Below are positions 37,830 to 46,952 of a stretch of 64,000 nt of DNA, one piece after another. Position 1 is the stretch's first letter; every line of letters starts with the position of its first letter. A program made the translations under genes and the position numbers. Below the pieces are notes generated by a model. That model saw nothing but the letters and a program-made list of their open reading frames with translations. It was not told the DNA's origin and ran no database searches. Source of the stretch: a virus (lineage: Duplodnaviria; Caudoviricetes); IMG/VR virus record IMGVR_UViG_3300025838_000035, positions 1-64,000 of that record; one strand, written 5' to 3'.

Positions 37830-38710
37830 CAGGGTAAGAATTTTTCAGGTTTAATCTGTTTGCCTTGCTTAGGATTGCCTGTTCTAGCAGCCCTAACTCT
37901 GTCCATCATTTTATACAAATGCTTTGCTCCTGCATCAGTAGAACCATTACCCAAATGGGAAACTACGTCAGCAGGAACTACAAATTCTCCATCAGCTAAA
38001 CGAGCTTCTTGTTTGCCCGCAATCGTTGCTGGAATATCGTCACTCATGCCGTCACCTGGGCCTTTGAGCAAGTGACCGCCATCAGAATAAGATCCTAAGT
38101 TTGATTGATGATGCAAACCAGTAATACCACCATGAGCATAAGAAGCAAACAATCTATTGGGTGTAAAGTTTTGTGCATTGAATCCCACGGCATTCTTATT
38201 CATAGCTCCTGGATAATTAGGAGCACCAGGTATTGTGGGTCTAGGCATTAAGGCATAAGCTCCCAAAGCACCAGCTCCAAGAGCCCAAGGCATCACTTGA
38301 TTAGCCGTGTAAGTCGTACCTAATAAGTTATTAATGCCACTTGTAATGCTTGAACCAATCCCCGATCCTTCGGCAGCAGTTGGGCCTCCACCAATAGGCG
38401 TATATGGTTGACCTCCTGGCGCTGGAACATATGAGCTTTCAGTAGGAAACAATCCACTAGGTGTTAAACCTTGAGCTGGCAACGTTTCAGCTAAAGGAAT
38501 TGTTGCTTTATTAACAGCAGTATCTGCTATGGTAGGAGACAAGATAGATTGCGTAATTGGATCGGTATAAACGCCACTACCCAAAGTACCTGCTTGCGCC
38601 ATGCCAAGGTCAGTCAATCCACTCATGGCATCAGCGCTGCCTGAATCCATCAAAAGGCTTGGGCCTAAATCATCTAATCCAATAGTTGCCATTACATCAG
38701 CAAATGCCAT
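37829..38710 (-). CDS. Internal virion protein
   Basis: C-terminal GPGDGMSDDIPA..LADGEFVVPADVVSHLGNGSTDAGA, homologous to C-terminus of 4930..8769. Confidence 0.6.
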   Translation of the reverse strand: MAFADVMATIGLDDLGPSLLMDSGSADAMSGLTDLGMAQAGTLGSGVYTDPITQSILSPTIADTAVNKATIPLAETLPAQGLTPSGLFPTESSYVPAPGGQPYTPIGGGPTAAEGSGIGSSITSGINNLLGTTYTANQVMPWALGAGALGAYALMPRPTIPGAPNYPGAMNKNAVGFNAQNFTPNRLFASYAHGGITGLHHQSNLGSYSDGGHLLKGPGDGMSDDIPATIAGKQEARLADGEFVVPADVVSHLGNGSTDAGAKHLYKMMDRVRAARTGNPKQGKQIKPEKFLP

Positions 38711-38711
38711 G

Positions 38712-39116
38712 TCATTTCTCCTCTAGCAAAGGCGTTTCAATAAACATACTTTCCAATTTTTCTACATCAGTTTCATTGGTAGAAAATATGTTTTGGAACA
38801 CCACGGTTTCTAATATGTAAGCTACTTTTCTTCCTGGAGGAGCCATGAAAGTCATGGGCGCTTTTAGCTCTTTTCTGCTTCCATCAGGATTAACAATGAT
38901 CATGTGTCCTGATAGCATATTGCACAAATGATGCGTCTTATGTGGCTTACCAATCACCACAGCACCTTTAGGCATTACCAATTCTTTGATGTAAATATTG
39001 GGGCCAAAATAATGTCTTTCTTCTGGAACCAAAGCAGGTAGCTTTTTTACCTCTGCAATAAGATTCTCAACCTTATTTGCATATTGATTGGCAATTGAAT
39101 GCACTACTTCAGTCAT
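38712..39116 (-). CDS. Cupin-fold protein
   Basis: HYFGPNIYIKELVMPKG..GKPHKTHH. Confidence 0.6.
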   Translation of the reverse strand: MTEVVHSIANQYANKVENLIAEVKKLPALVPEERHYFGPNIYIKELVMPKGAVVIGKPHKTHHLCNMLSGHMIIVNPDGSRKELKAPMTFMAPPGRKVAYILETVVFQNIFSTNETDVEKLESMFIETPLLEEK

Positions 39117-39556
39117 ATCATTGCCTTGGTTTTATACTTAGGAATGTCAGAAGGAAGTATTCGTGCTCCCGACATTTGTAATGCTTTCGTTAATGATGAG
39201 TCGGACTCAGCATCATAAATTACTTTAATGCCCTTGCTACGCAAGAAATTTAGGAAGTGATGAACAGAAATATCAAAGTTATGTGGATTGTCTTCTGTGA
39301 AAAAATGAAACTGCGCTATGTTTTGACTTAGGATTTTATAAGCCATTACAGTATCTTTATAGCGCATAAGCTTTACGCCTTGCTGCAATCCAAGCAATAC
39401 CGCTTTCATTGCCTTTTGGACTGGGACATTATGGTCAGCAAAATACTTTTTGAGGATATATGCAGTAGAGTTTGTATCGGAAACGTTAGATCCACGGCTA
39501 CCCATTGCCGTTTGAAGTAAGTGCATTTCCCCAGTATCTATTCCACCACCAGCCAT
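39113..39556 (-). CDS. Hypothetical protein
   Basis: RBS-preceded ORF in virion operon. Confidence 0.5.
   Translation of the reverse strand: MAGGGIDTGEMHLLQTAMGSRGSNVSDTNSTAYILKKYFADHNVPVQKAMKAVLLGLQQGVKLMRYKDTVMAYKILSQNIAQFHFFTEDNPHNFDISVHHFLNFLRSKGIKVIYDAESDSSLTKALQMSGARILPSDIPKYKTKAMI
39197..39209. promoter_or_regulatory. Palindromic site TGAGTCGGACTCA, copy 3 (reverse orientation, in CDS)
   Basis: Exact reverse complement of copy 1 core. Confidence 0.55.
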
Positions 39557-39603
39557 AATTCACCTCGCAATTTTGTATATTATCGACTTAAAAACGTTAA
39601 GCA

Positions 39604-39948
39604 TCAAGTACCTTGACCACCACTAATTGTGATTGTCAAGCCCGTTGCAGAGGCTTTAAAGTAAATAGTTCCACCTGAATTCATAATCATTGTTCCAGTC
39701 CACTCTAGCGTAGCATTGGCCGCAACTGATGTGCCGTAATAAACTGCATTACCTGTTCCTGCCGTACCGCCAAATGGGACTAAATGAAGATTGAACGTGA
39801 TAGGGCTGCCAGTTGTATTGCAGATCATCATGTTCTTAACAAAGGTCAAAGTAGGCGGTGTACTTGGAACCGTATAGATCGTAGCTCCTGCTGTCGTAGA
39901 AGCTGCTTGAGCAAGCTGATAGCCAACGATGTTTTGAAAGTTAGCCAC
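39604..39948 (-). CDS. Small tail structural protein
   Basis: TIYTVP..MICNTTG..TISG beta-sandwich-type motif. Confidence 0.55.
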   Translation of the reverse strand: MANFQNIVGYQLAQAASTTAGATIYTVPSTPPTLTFVKNMMICNTTGSPITFNLHLVPFGGTAGTGNAVYYGTSVAANATLEWTGTMIMNSGGTIYFKASATGLTITISGGQGT

Positions 39949-40133
39949 TATATACCCCCAAGCCAGTTAATGGTTTGCTGACTGTTATCGTCAACAATCA
40001 ACAATTGAATGGCATTATCTACAGTTTTGAAATAAAGCCTAAGCGCATTCTCAATGACATTGATTGTATTGGGATCATATGTAACCGAGGGAGCAGGTAA
40101 GTTGGGGGCAATTGTGTTCTGAATATTAGACAT
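39948..40133 (-). CDS. Small structural protein
   Basis: APNLP..LRLYF motif; coupled ORF. Confidence 0.5.
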   Translation of the reverse strand: MSNIQNTIAPNLPAPSVTYDPNTINVIENALRLYFKTVDNAIQLLIVDDNSQQTINWLGGI

Positions 40134-42580
40134 TATCCACCCCTTCTACCGTCTGTTCTGATATCAATACGAGGAGCACCCAACTGCCATGCTGTTCCTA
40201 GCTGAGCATTCTCAATCTTAAATACGAGCTGACGTCCCCTAACTCGGGTGTATAAATACTGCGTAAACTGCTCGACTGGATAGGAAATAGTCTCTGTCAA
40301 TGTGCCTGAATTAGTACCGCCAACTGAAGCTGGATTGGTATAGCCTGCACCTGAACTGGCCAATGGATAAAGGAACATGGTAGCTTGAGGATTGGTAGCC
40401 GTAGAACCTGTAAAGGTAATATCAGGCAATATCCTCCAAACAAAACCAAACTGTTCGCCATCTTCAATGTCAAATTCAGAAGAGGTAATGTAGGCATCCA
40501 TAGGCTGAGGCGTACCCGTTGAATTGTCATCAAGACCAAATTCGTGGTTAAGCAACTTGCCTGTTTGTGTGACTGGATCGTAGATAGCTGCCGTAGGATA
40601 GGTGCTGATACCGCTATCAATCCAAGCAGTCCTAGACATTTGACCGTAGTACCAAATGTTATCTAAGTAGTTATAGACAACATAGCTATCGTTTTCCAAA
40701 GCATTAGCTGATGGATAGAACCACCAAACTTCATTAAACGCCTCATTGGTAGAAGCATAAACTTGGGTGCGTTGATTCTGATTGATGTTGGTAAATACAT
40801 ACCTTCTCAAGTCGCAATTAAGCGTATTAACTGCTCCGCCACTATAGACGTAGAACTTATCAAAGCCCATCCAGTAAACAGCTCCTGAAGCCAAAACTGC
40901 TGCGTTTTGCCCCATGATAGAAATGTTATCTGTAAGTAAGTATGTACCCCAGAAGTAAGGAGCTCCAACGTATTGGAGGGAATAAGTAGCCGAATCAGTA
41001 ATCACCAAAACCTCTTGGCGTGTCTGAATGGCGGTAACAATCTGTGAACCCCTAGATAGCAAAGAGCTACCCGCTTGATTGGTAATAGAAGGAGCCCAAG
41101 TGGTCAAACTGTTTTGATCCGCCCAACGAATCAGCATGGGATTTTGAACAGTCGTGCCATAGTCGTTGCATCCAAAAGCAAAGACAAAACGATAAATATC
41201 AGAAACAAAAGTAACGTTGTTAACTACAGGAGTGTCAACATCAGCATTAGCAAGATTGACGAGATTAATGCCTCGTGTGCTGATAGATTGAACACCAGAA
41301 CCGGCAGCATAAGTATTAACCCCACTTCCACCGACAGTAGTAGAAACGTTGCAAGTATTGCCAGATACGTTGATAACATAATAAATAGTTCCTAACTGAA
41401 GTCCAGCAGGCAACGCACCAGTCGTAGAAAACTGAATAGCCGTTCCAACTGTCAACGGATAAGTCAAAGTAATAATAGCAGGCGAACCTACTGAAATAGC
41501 CACTTGAAATCCAGTTAAAGGAACATTAGGATTCCAGTAATACATTCCGCCACCACGGACGCCAAAAACCAGTCCTGCGCCAAAGTTCTTCTGACTCCAA
41601 AGCTGAATGCTATTCGCAGTAGCCTGACCATTACCCCAAGAGCCAAAGCCCCAAGCACCAGTTCCCCAACCGCTATTGGAAATCACATAAGCTGGCCCAG
41701 TATTGATTTGGTACTCAGCTATCACACCTAGCCCCAACGTATACGTCAAACCAGTAGGTGTACCAGCAGTAGTTGTAACGGCAGTTCCTCCCCTAGTTGT
41801 TGATAACTGGAAAGTGGTTGAGCCGTTCGTGGCAATGATGTAATAAGTCGTTGGATTAGCATAGCCTGAAATACTTCCTGTTCCGCCAAACGTTCCGCTA
41901 ATGGTTATAGGCTGACCCACATAAAGCGTATTGGCAGGAGATGAGCAAGCAAAATCACCTGTCGTATCTGTGATCGTAATGCCAGTCAAAGTAGTTGTGT
42001 CTGAAGCTCCAGTACCAGTACCAATACCCCAAGTACCGCCACCCCAAGGCCCTGCACCCCAACCAACAACGCCAGTAGTAGATGCTTGAATAGTGTAGTT
42101 ATTGCTATCAATAACCGTTACCTGATATTCACCAGTAATCGTGACTCCATCAAAAGTAATGGTGTTGTAATAGGTTACAAAGTCACCTGTTATAGCTCCA
42201 TGCCCAGGATCATTGACCTTAACCGTATACGATCCGCCAGTTACCGTGAAGCTTGTTTCTGGTATGACACTTGTGTAGCGAATAGGCGTGATATCGTAAT
42301 AAGCAGCGCCTAGTTCAATGTAATACTTGAGATTTGTACCAACGCCAATTAAGTTTTCAGCGCTGATTAATGATGATTCATTGAATAAAGTAGACCAATT
42401 CCAAAGAGCTCTACAAACACCTTTAAAAGTGTTGTTGGAGATGATACTCCATCCTCCCAGTTTCTCAGGGCTACCTTGGCGAAACCGTATGTTATTACAG
42501 TCAAACCACCCGCCCTCAGTGGTATATCTTGTGTTCTCACGGTTGACGCCAGCTTTGAATAGAAGCTTCTTTAGTGGCAT
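40133..42580 (-). CDS. Tail tubular protein B / stabilisation protein with inserted beta domains
   Basis: GVNRENTRY..WFDCNNIRFRQGSPEKLGGW; C-terminal RVRGRQ..LGAPRIDIRTDGRR. Confidence 0.65.
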   Translation of the reverse strand: MPLKKLLFKAGVNRENTRYTTEGGWFDCNNIRFRQGSPEKLGGWSIISNNTFKGVCRALWNWSTLFNESSLISAENLIGVGTNLKYYIELGAAYYDITPIRYTSVIPETSFTVTGGSYTVKVNDPGHGAITGDFVTYYNTITFDGVTITGEYQVTVIDSNNYTIQASTTGVVGWGAGPWGGGTWGIGTGTGASDTTTLTGITITDTTGDFACSSPANTLYVGQPITISGTFGGTGSISGYANPTTYYIIATNGSTTFQLSTTRGGTAVTTTAGTPTGLTYTLGLGVIAEYQINTGPAYVISNSGWGTGAWGFGSWGNGQATANSIQLWSQKNFGAGLVFGVRGGGMYYWNPNVPLTGFQVAISVGSPAIITLTYPLTVGTAIQFSTTGALPAGLQLGTIYYVINVSGNTCNVSTTVGGSGVNTYAAGSGVQSISTRGINLVNLANADVDTPVVNNVTFVSDIYRFVFAFGCNDYGTTVQNPMLIRWADQNSLTTWAPSITNQAGSSLLSRGSQIVTAIQTRQEVLVITDSATYSLQYVGAPYFWGTYLLTDNISIMGQNAAVLASGAVYWMGFDKFYVYSGGAVNTLNCDLRRYVFTNINQNQRTQVYASTNEAFNEVWWFYPSANALENDSYVVYNYLDNIWYYGQMSRTAWIDSGISTYPTAAIYDPVTQTGKLLNHEFGLDDNSTGTPQPMDAYITSSEFDIEDGEQFGFVWRILPDITFTGSTATNPQATMFLYPLASSGAGYTNPASVGGTNSGTLTETISYPVEQFTQYLYTRVRGRQLVFKIENAQLGTAWQLGAPRIDIRTDGRRGG

Positions 42581-42594
42581 AACTTATTGTCCCA

Positions 42595-43185
42595 TTAGGC
42601 GCTTAAAACCGCAAGAGTTTTAGCAGTTAATTCCTTGCGTTCATTCAGTCCAAACAAACCACCATTGATTCTCTTACAAAGCGCTTCATCATTATCAACT
42701 AAGTTATTGCACCCGTGCGTAGCCCAAAACCAACCACCACTCATTGCTGCATACATAGGTGTTTTTACCAAGTCTGGATTCTTTACAAAGTCCTGACCAA
42801 GGGCTTGGCCACAATGCCAGTAGTTATCGTGAAAGGTGAGCTGGATCGTACCTCTTCCCCTGTACAAAAAACCGTCCCCACTTGCCTCATTCCTATTACC
42901 TCCACGATTAGCGTAAATGCGGTTGGCAATCTTTTGAGGTTGATGGGCAAAAAGGGCATACTCCTCTGGTTTAAAGTGAGTATGAAAGAGAGCTTGAAGG
43001 GTTTCAGCTCTATAGTTTAAGTTCTCTTCCAAAGTGCGGAAGTGATTGCATTCATGGGAAAGCTGACCAATAAAAGCCGCCTGCTCTTTAACGGTAAAGA
43101 TGTTGAACTTTGTGATCGTTGCATTAAGTGGCTCAACCCATTCTGGCCCAATCTGTAAGGCATGAAGCTTTTCAACTGTAATCAT
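42595..43185 (-). CDS. Endolysin, GH19 family (second copy)
   Basis: Same motifs as 435..1028, highly similar protein. Confidence 0.9.
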   Translation of the reverse strand: MITVEKLHALQIGPEWVEPLNATITKFNIFTVKEQAAFIGQLSHECNHFRTLEENLNYRAETLQALFHTHFKPEEYALFAHQPQKIANRIYANRGGNRNEASGDGFLYRGRGTIQLTFHDNYWHCGQALGQDFVKNPDLVKTPMYAAMSGGWFWATHGCNNLVDNDEALCKRINGGLFGLNERKELTAKTLAVLSA

Positions 43186-43754
43186 TTCACACCCTCATTC
43201 ACGGTCTTCATCACTTCGTTGTATTGGCTAATGCAGGCATTGAGCTTGACGATTGCTTTGTCTCCGTCTGCTGCGATGGAGACAATATCTTTAACAGTCT
43301 GTCTGTTAGATTCGGCTCCATTGGCTTGATCTCCATTGGGGGCATCTGCACTGGCTTGTACACCACAGGTGGAGGGGAGGCGCAACTCGCCAGCATCAAT
43401 GCGAGCATTAATACTAGCTTGCTTTGTTTTGATATCATTTTTAGCCTGCTTTAATTGACTGGTGGCTCTTGAGAGCTTTTGTCCGAGCTCTGCTTCTTTT
43501 GCCCGAGCATCTCCATTAAGGCGCTCAATTTCTGCTTTATCTTCTGCAACCCGTCTTTCATAGCCGTGATGATCTGAGACATAGTAACCTCCTAATATAA
43601 ACAAAACTGCTCCAGCAACTTTTATCAAAAGTGCATGAGCTTTTAACAACGGGAAAATGCCCGCAAAAAAACCAACTACAAAAATGGCCATACCGCCAAA
43701 CAAGGCGGCCAACGCCAAATAATACATGATGTTACCGAATAGCCAACTAATCAT
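43182..43754 (-). CDS. Rz-like i-spanin (second copy)
   Basis: N-terminal TM segments plus coiled coil; nested lipoprotein ORF. Confidence 0.8.
   Translation of the reverse strand: MISWLFGNIMYYLALAALFGGMAIFVVGFFAGIFPLLKAHALLIKVAGAVLFILGGYYVSDHHGYERRVAEDKAEIERLNGDARAKEAELGQKLSRATSQLKQAKNDIKTKQASINARIDAGELRLPSTCGVQASADAPNGDQANGAESNRQTVKDIVSIAADGDKAIVKLNACISQYNEVMKTVNEGVK
43211..43438 (-). CDS. Rz1-like o-spanin nested in Rz (second copy)
   Basis: Lipobox LASC plus Pro-rich region. Confidence 0.8.
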   Translation of the reverse strand: MISKQSKLVLMLALMLASCASPPPVVYKPVQMPPMEIKPMEPNLTDRLLKILSPSQQTETKQSSSSMPALANTTK

Positions 43755-44224
43755 ATTGCTTGTGCCCTAGCGTTAGCCATTCTTTCCCTCTCATGGTCAG
43801 GTTCTAAGTAAGGCGGTGTTTGAGGAGGAAAAGGTGGCGTCCAGTTGGGTGGTGTAGATGGGGCCATCATTACGACTGGAGCTGGTGGTGGGGGAGGCGG
43901 AGCAACATAGGCAGCAGTATTAGCTTTTGCTGCGTTCATCATGTTCGTAGCCTCATTGGTTACGCCCTTGGTCAATATTCCACCAATACCGCCAACAATC
44001 AAAAGCACAATATCGTTCAGCATCTTGGAGAAAGCTTGATCTATTGGGGCCATTTGTTTGATTGGTTGAGAAACAAACATAATGCTATAGATCAATGTGA
44101 CCACAATAAAGAACAGAATCAAGGTCACCATGATAATCACAAAAGCCCTTACACGGACTTCTATGTCATCGGCAGACAGGCGTTCCTTGGGACTGTTGAG
44201 GAATGCTAGAAGTAATTCCTTCAA
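43751..44224 (-). CDS. Two-TM membrane protein (holin candidate)
   Basis: Two hydrophobic helices, Pro-rich tail, within lysis cluster. Confidence 0.5.
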   Translation of the reverse strand: MKELLLAFLNSPKERLSADDIEVRVRAFVIIMVTLILFFIVVTLIYSIMFVSQPIKQMAPIDQAFSKMLNDIVLLIVGGIGGILTKGVTNEATNMMNAAKANTAAYVAPPPPPPAPVVMMAPSTPPNWTPPFPPQTPPYLEPDHERERMANARAQAI

Positions 44225-44426
44225 TTTTCTTCTCCAAAATGGGGGCTACTAAATATTCAGGGCAAGTTTGCGTAAACTCACACATCGGTTTTTGGCATTC
44301 TTGATCCTGAAAGTGTGCAGGGTCTTGGCATGTATAGCGATAAGAATCATGGCAACCTGTACACAAAAATGGAAAAAATATACATATTAGTATAGATGTG
44401 TATATAAAACTGGCTTTTTTAATCAT
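44166..44426 (-). CDS. Putative Cys-rich lipoprotein
   Basis: Hydrophobic N-terminus, CTGC lipobox-like, YRYTCQDP..CQKPMC..TC. Confidence 0.55.
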   Translation of the reverse strand: MIKKASFIYTSILICIFFPFLCTGCHDSYRYTCQDPAHFQDQECQKPMCEFTQTCPEYLVAPILEKKIEGITSSIPQQSQGTPVCR

Positions 44427-44665
44427 TTGCCTTCAATCCTTTGTAGGGCCTTGTTAACCCTCAGCTCCATCTGCCTTACATCCACATACATCCAAGCAAT
44501 CAACGGAATCAGTAAAAGCAAAACAACCAACAAAACAATGATCAATAAGATGGCGAGTGTGTCATGCTGAGAATCATTAGCCATGCCCACATTAGCATCA
44601 GCACTGTAATTGCTGAAGCCACCATTCTTCCCTTTATTAGATCCGCCTTTTGCTCCCGTTGCCAT
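44423..44665 (-). CDS. Single-TM membrane protein
   Basis: Long Leu/Ile-rich helix. Confidence 0.5.
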   Translation of the reverse strand: MATGAKGGSNKGKNGGFSNYSADANVGMANDSQHDTLAILLIIVLLVVLLLLIPLIAWMYVDVRQMELRVNKALQRIEGK

Positions 44666-45258
44666 TTTGCCCTACGCTCCTTCAGCATTTCCTCTCGTCT
44701 TGCAAGCGCCTGCACATTGGCAATGTGACCAATTTGCTGATTGACCCGAGTATACAAATCCTTCAATTCAAGAGGAACGTGGTACACCATGTAATCACTC
44801 AGCTCCGTATTCAATTTCTCCATCTGCAAATTGGCAATCGTTATGTTAATTGCAGCCTCTTGGCCTTCCTCGTTATTTGCATGAAGAGCAAACTCTTCCT
44901 GTTCTTTCGTATAGTTTTTTAGGGCGTTGTACGCTCTATAGAACTTGATGAGAGCATCACTGACCTGTTGGTAAATGAGGTTTTCATCAAACTCTGGAGG
45001 AGCCTCTTTCTTCTTTTTAGCCTTTTTAGTAGGTTGAGCAACTTGTGGTTGCTCTTCCTCTTTCTTACCAAATACGCTAGTTAAGAACCCAAGAAGCCCT
45101 TTGGCTTTTTTTTGTACTGCCTTAGCGTCTTTGACAACTCCATCAACTTCATGGGCAATATCAACAACAATTTGCCTACCCTCTTTGTACATCTCACAAG
45201 CATCTTTACAGAGCTTGAAAGCGCCAGAGGCAAGGGCAACAAGAGTGAATGGATCAAT
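44542..45258 (-). CDS. Membrane-anchored coiled-coil protein, probable ATT start
   Basis: Frame is open upstream of track ATG (45192) to ATT at 45258 giving IDPFTLVALASGAFK; TAAGGTG 5 nt upstream; in-frame stop at 45270. Confidence 0.55.
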   Translation of the reverse strand: MDPFTLVALASGAFKLCKDACEMYKEGRQIVVDIAHEVDGVVKDAKAVQKKAKGLLGFLTSVFGKKEEEQPQVAQPTKKAKKKKEAPPEFDENLIYQQVSDALIKFYRAYNALKNYTKEQEEFALHANNEEGQEAAINITIANLQMEKLNTELSDYMVYHVPLELKDLYTRVNQQIGHIANVQALARREEMLKERRAKWQREQKADLIKGRMVASAITVLMLMWAWLMILSMTHSPSY

Positions 45259-45268
45259 TTTGACACCT

Positions 45269-45291
45269 TAAAAAACCCCTCCAAAGAGGGG
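45269..45291 (-). terminator. Intrinsic terminator
   Basis: CCCCTC-TTTG-GAGGGG then TTTTT on minus strand. Confidence 0.7.
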
Positions 45292-45299
45292 CTTGGATT

Positions 45300-45554
45300 T
45301 TAGTTAGTTGCAGGAGCTGGAGTAGCGTCTGCGGGGGCAGCAGCAGGCTCAGCGGGGGCAGCAACCGCATCTGGCAAAGCATCGTGAGTAACGGTGTAAC
45401 CGTGGTCTGTGAGCAATGTGATTGCGTCTTGAATGTTTTGTTGCTCTTGTGTGAGGAAGTCAGCAAACTTAGAAGCAGCATCGTGCTCGGCAGAACCTTG
45501 AGAAAAACCCAACTTGGCAATGAAATCTTGAAGGGATTGGATAACGTTAATCAT
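45300..45554 (-). CDS. Hypothetical protein
   Basis: AAGGA RBS; Ala/Pro-rich tail; followed by terminator. Confidence 0.55.
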   Translation of the reverse strand: MINVIQSLQDFIAKLGFSQGSAEHDAASKFADFLTQEQQNIQDAITLLTDHGYTVTHDALPDAVAAPAEPAAAPADATPAPATN

Positions 45555-45622
45555 GTTTATTCCTTAAAAAATACAGTCAAGTGACTGCTCTTAAATTTTC
45601 TTATAAATGAATGAATAATCAA

Positions 45623-45820
45623 TTACAAACCAAAGATTTTCTTAAATATTTCAGCCGCTGCACCAGGTCCCATGAGCACAGCAATGATGACGGCATAAAG
45701 CAAATACTCAATCTTTGACATCCTCTTGGAACCATCCATCAAAGACTTGGAGATTGAGTTATATCGCTCTGTACAGACTGCTTCATGCACAGCTAAACGC
45801 TTATCTACATCGTCACTCAT
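45623..45820 (-). CDS. Holin-like single-TM protein
   Basis: RLAVHEAVCTERY..coiled coil..C-terminal TM helix. Confidence 0.5.
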   Translation of the reverse strand: MSDDVDKRLAVHEAVCTERYNSISKSLMDGSKRMSKIEYLLYAVIIAVLMGPGAAAEIFKKIFGL

Positions 45821-46032
45821 TTGTGCATGTGCTTTAAAGTTTCAGCTAGACGAGCTCTTTGACCAAGCTTGCCTGGAGCCTTAGCTGCTTTAGCCAGTTT
45901 CTTCGCAGGAATCTTTTTGCCTTCAGGAACATGCAACTGCTCTCTCAAAGCGCCTGCATGTTTAATTGCTTTCTGTATCCACTTCTCAGCCATGTCACTC
46001 TCCTTTGTTAATCGTTGCAGTTGACGTTGCAC
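45817..46032 (-). CDS. Small basic protein (MAEKWIQKAIKH...)
   Basis: Likely start at MAEKW; Lys/Ala-rich, possible DNA-condensing core protein. Confidence 0.55.
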   Translation of the reverse strand: MQRQLQRLTKESDMAEKWIQKAIKHAGALREQLHVPEGKKIPAKKLAKAAKAPGKLGQRARLAETLKHMHK

Positions 46033-46228
46033 GATCTATCGTCATAACGCCTTCGCACACCACATTCCAATCCTGTCCATTAGCCTCAATCTCGCTATTG
46101 CTTGGCACATTTAATATAAAATGTTTTAGCAAGTATTCTTTTTCCCCTTCGAATACTCGCCAAACATGCTCCATTGAACCTCTGCCTGCTTGACCTCTGG
46201 ACTTGTTAAACCGAATCCTGTACTTCAA
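45995..46228 (-). CDS. Hypothetical protein
   Basis: YRIRFNKSRGQAGRGS..WRVFE. Confidence 0.55.
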   Translation of the reverse strand: MKYRIRFNKSRGQAGRGSMEHVWRVFEGEKEYLLKHFILNVPSNSEIEANGQDWNVVCEGVMTIDRATSTATINKGE

Positions 46229-46923
46229 ACCACTTCTACTGGCGTAGTAGCAGGGGGAGCTACATTAGCCAGTTGAACACCAAGGTTAAAATGAATAAAC
46301 CGCATAGGCTTAGCCGATGCATGTCTAGTAAATGAATGAGCAAGCCAAGCATTGGTAAACATAAATGTTCCAGGCTCAGGCTTAAAGTTAATCATATTGC
46401 TTGCATAAGTAGCATTAGCAGGAACCAACTCATCAATGTTGATCATTATCTTTGCTGCTTTAGGATCATGGAATACAACATGAGATGAATCTGGAGGGCA
46501 GTCGATAAAGTAAAAACCTACAATCTGAGATCCAAATCCATGAACATGCTGCTCCATTGCAGAATGCTTGTGATGATGCTGACACCACATTTCGCTGAAA
46601 TAAGTTGTTTTATTGATCATGTTATATCCTTGTGACTCAAGAATATTCCATGCCGTCTGGCCAACAAATGTTGAAAACTCAAACATTCGTTCATCGGTAA
46701 ATAAATTTTCAGTCATTATGACTGGATAAATTGGATCAAGCTTTTTACCTTTTTTAACTTTGTTCAAATACTCAGTAGTAACTTGTCTAGTTAATTCCAA
46801 ATATTCTGGCCTATTTACCGTATAGACGGCAGTAGGAAAATAATAAAGAGCTTGCAATTGATTCTGCGGTGGAGCTTCCTCCTTAACCTCAGTTTCCCCA
46901 ATAACTTCAGCAGCAGAACACAT
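46225..46923 (-). CDS. 2OG-Fe(II) oxygenase (TIGR02466-like)
   Basis: W..HVH..GFYF..FHDP..PEPG..F..WL.H. Confidence 0.7.
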   Translation of the reverse strand: MCSAAEVIGETEVKEEAPPQNQLQALYYFPTAVYTVNRPEYLELTRQVTTEYLNKVKKGKKLDPIYPVIMTENLFTDERMFEFSTFVGQTAWNILESQGYNMINKTTYFSEMWCQHHHKHSAMEQHVHGFGSQIVGFYFIDCPPDSSHVVFHDPKAAKIMINIDELVPANATYASNMINFKPEPGTFMFTNAWLAHSFTRHASAKPMRFIHFNLGVQLANVAPPATTPVEVV

Positions 46924-46952
46924 TGTCTTTCCTTTGGTTGTAAAAAACTACA

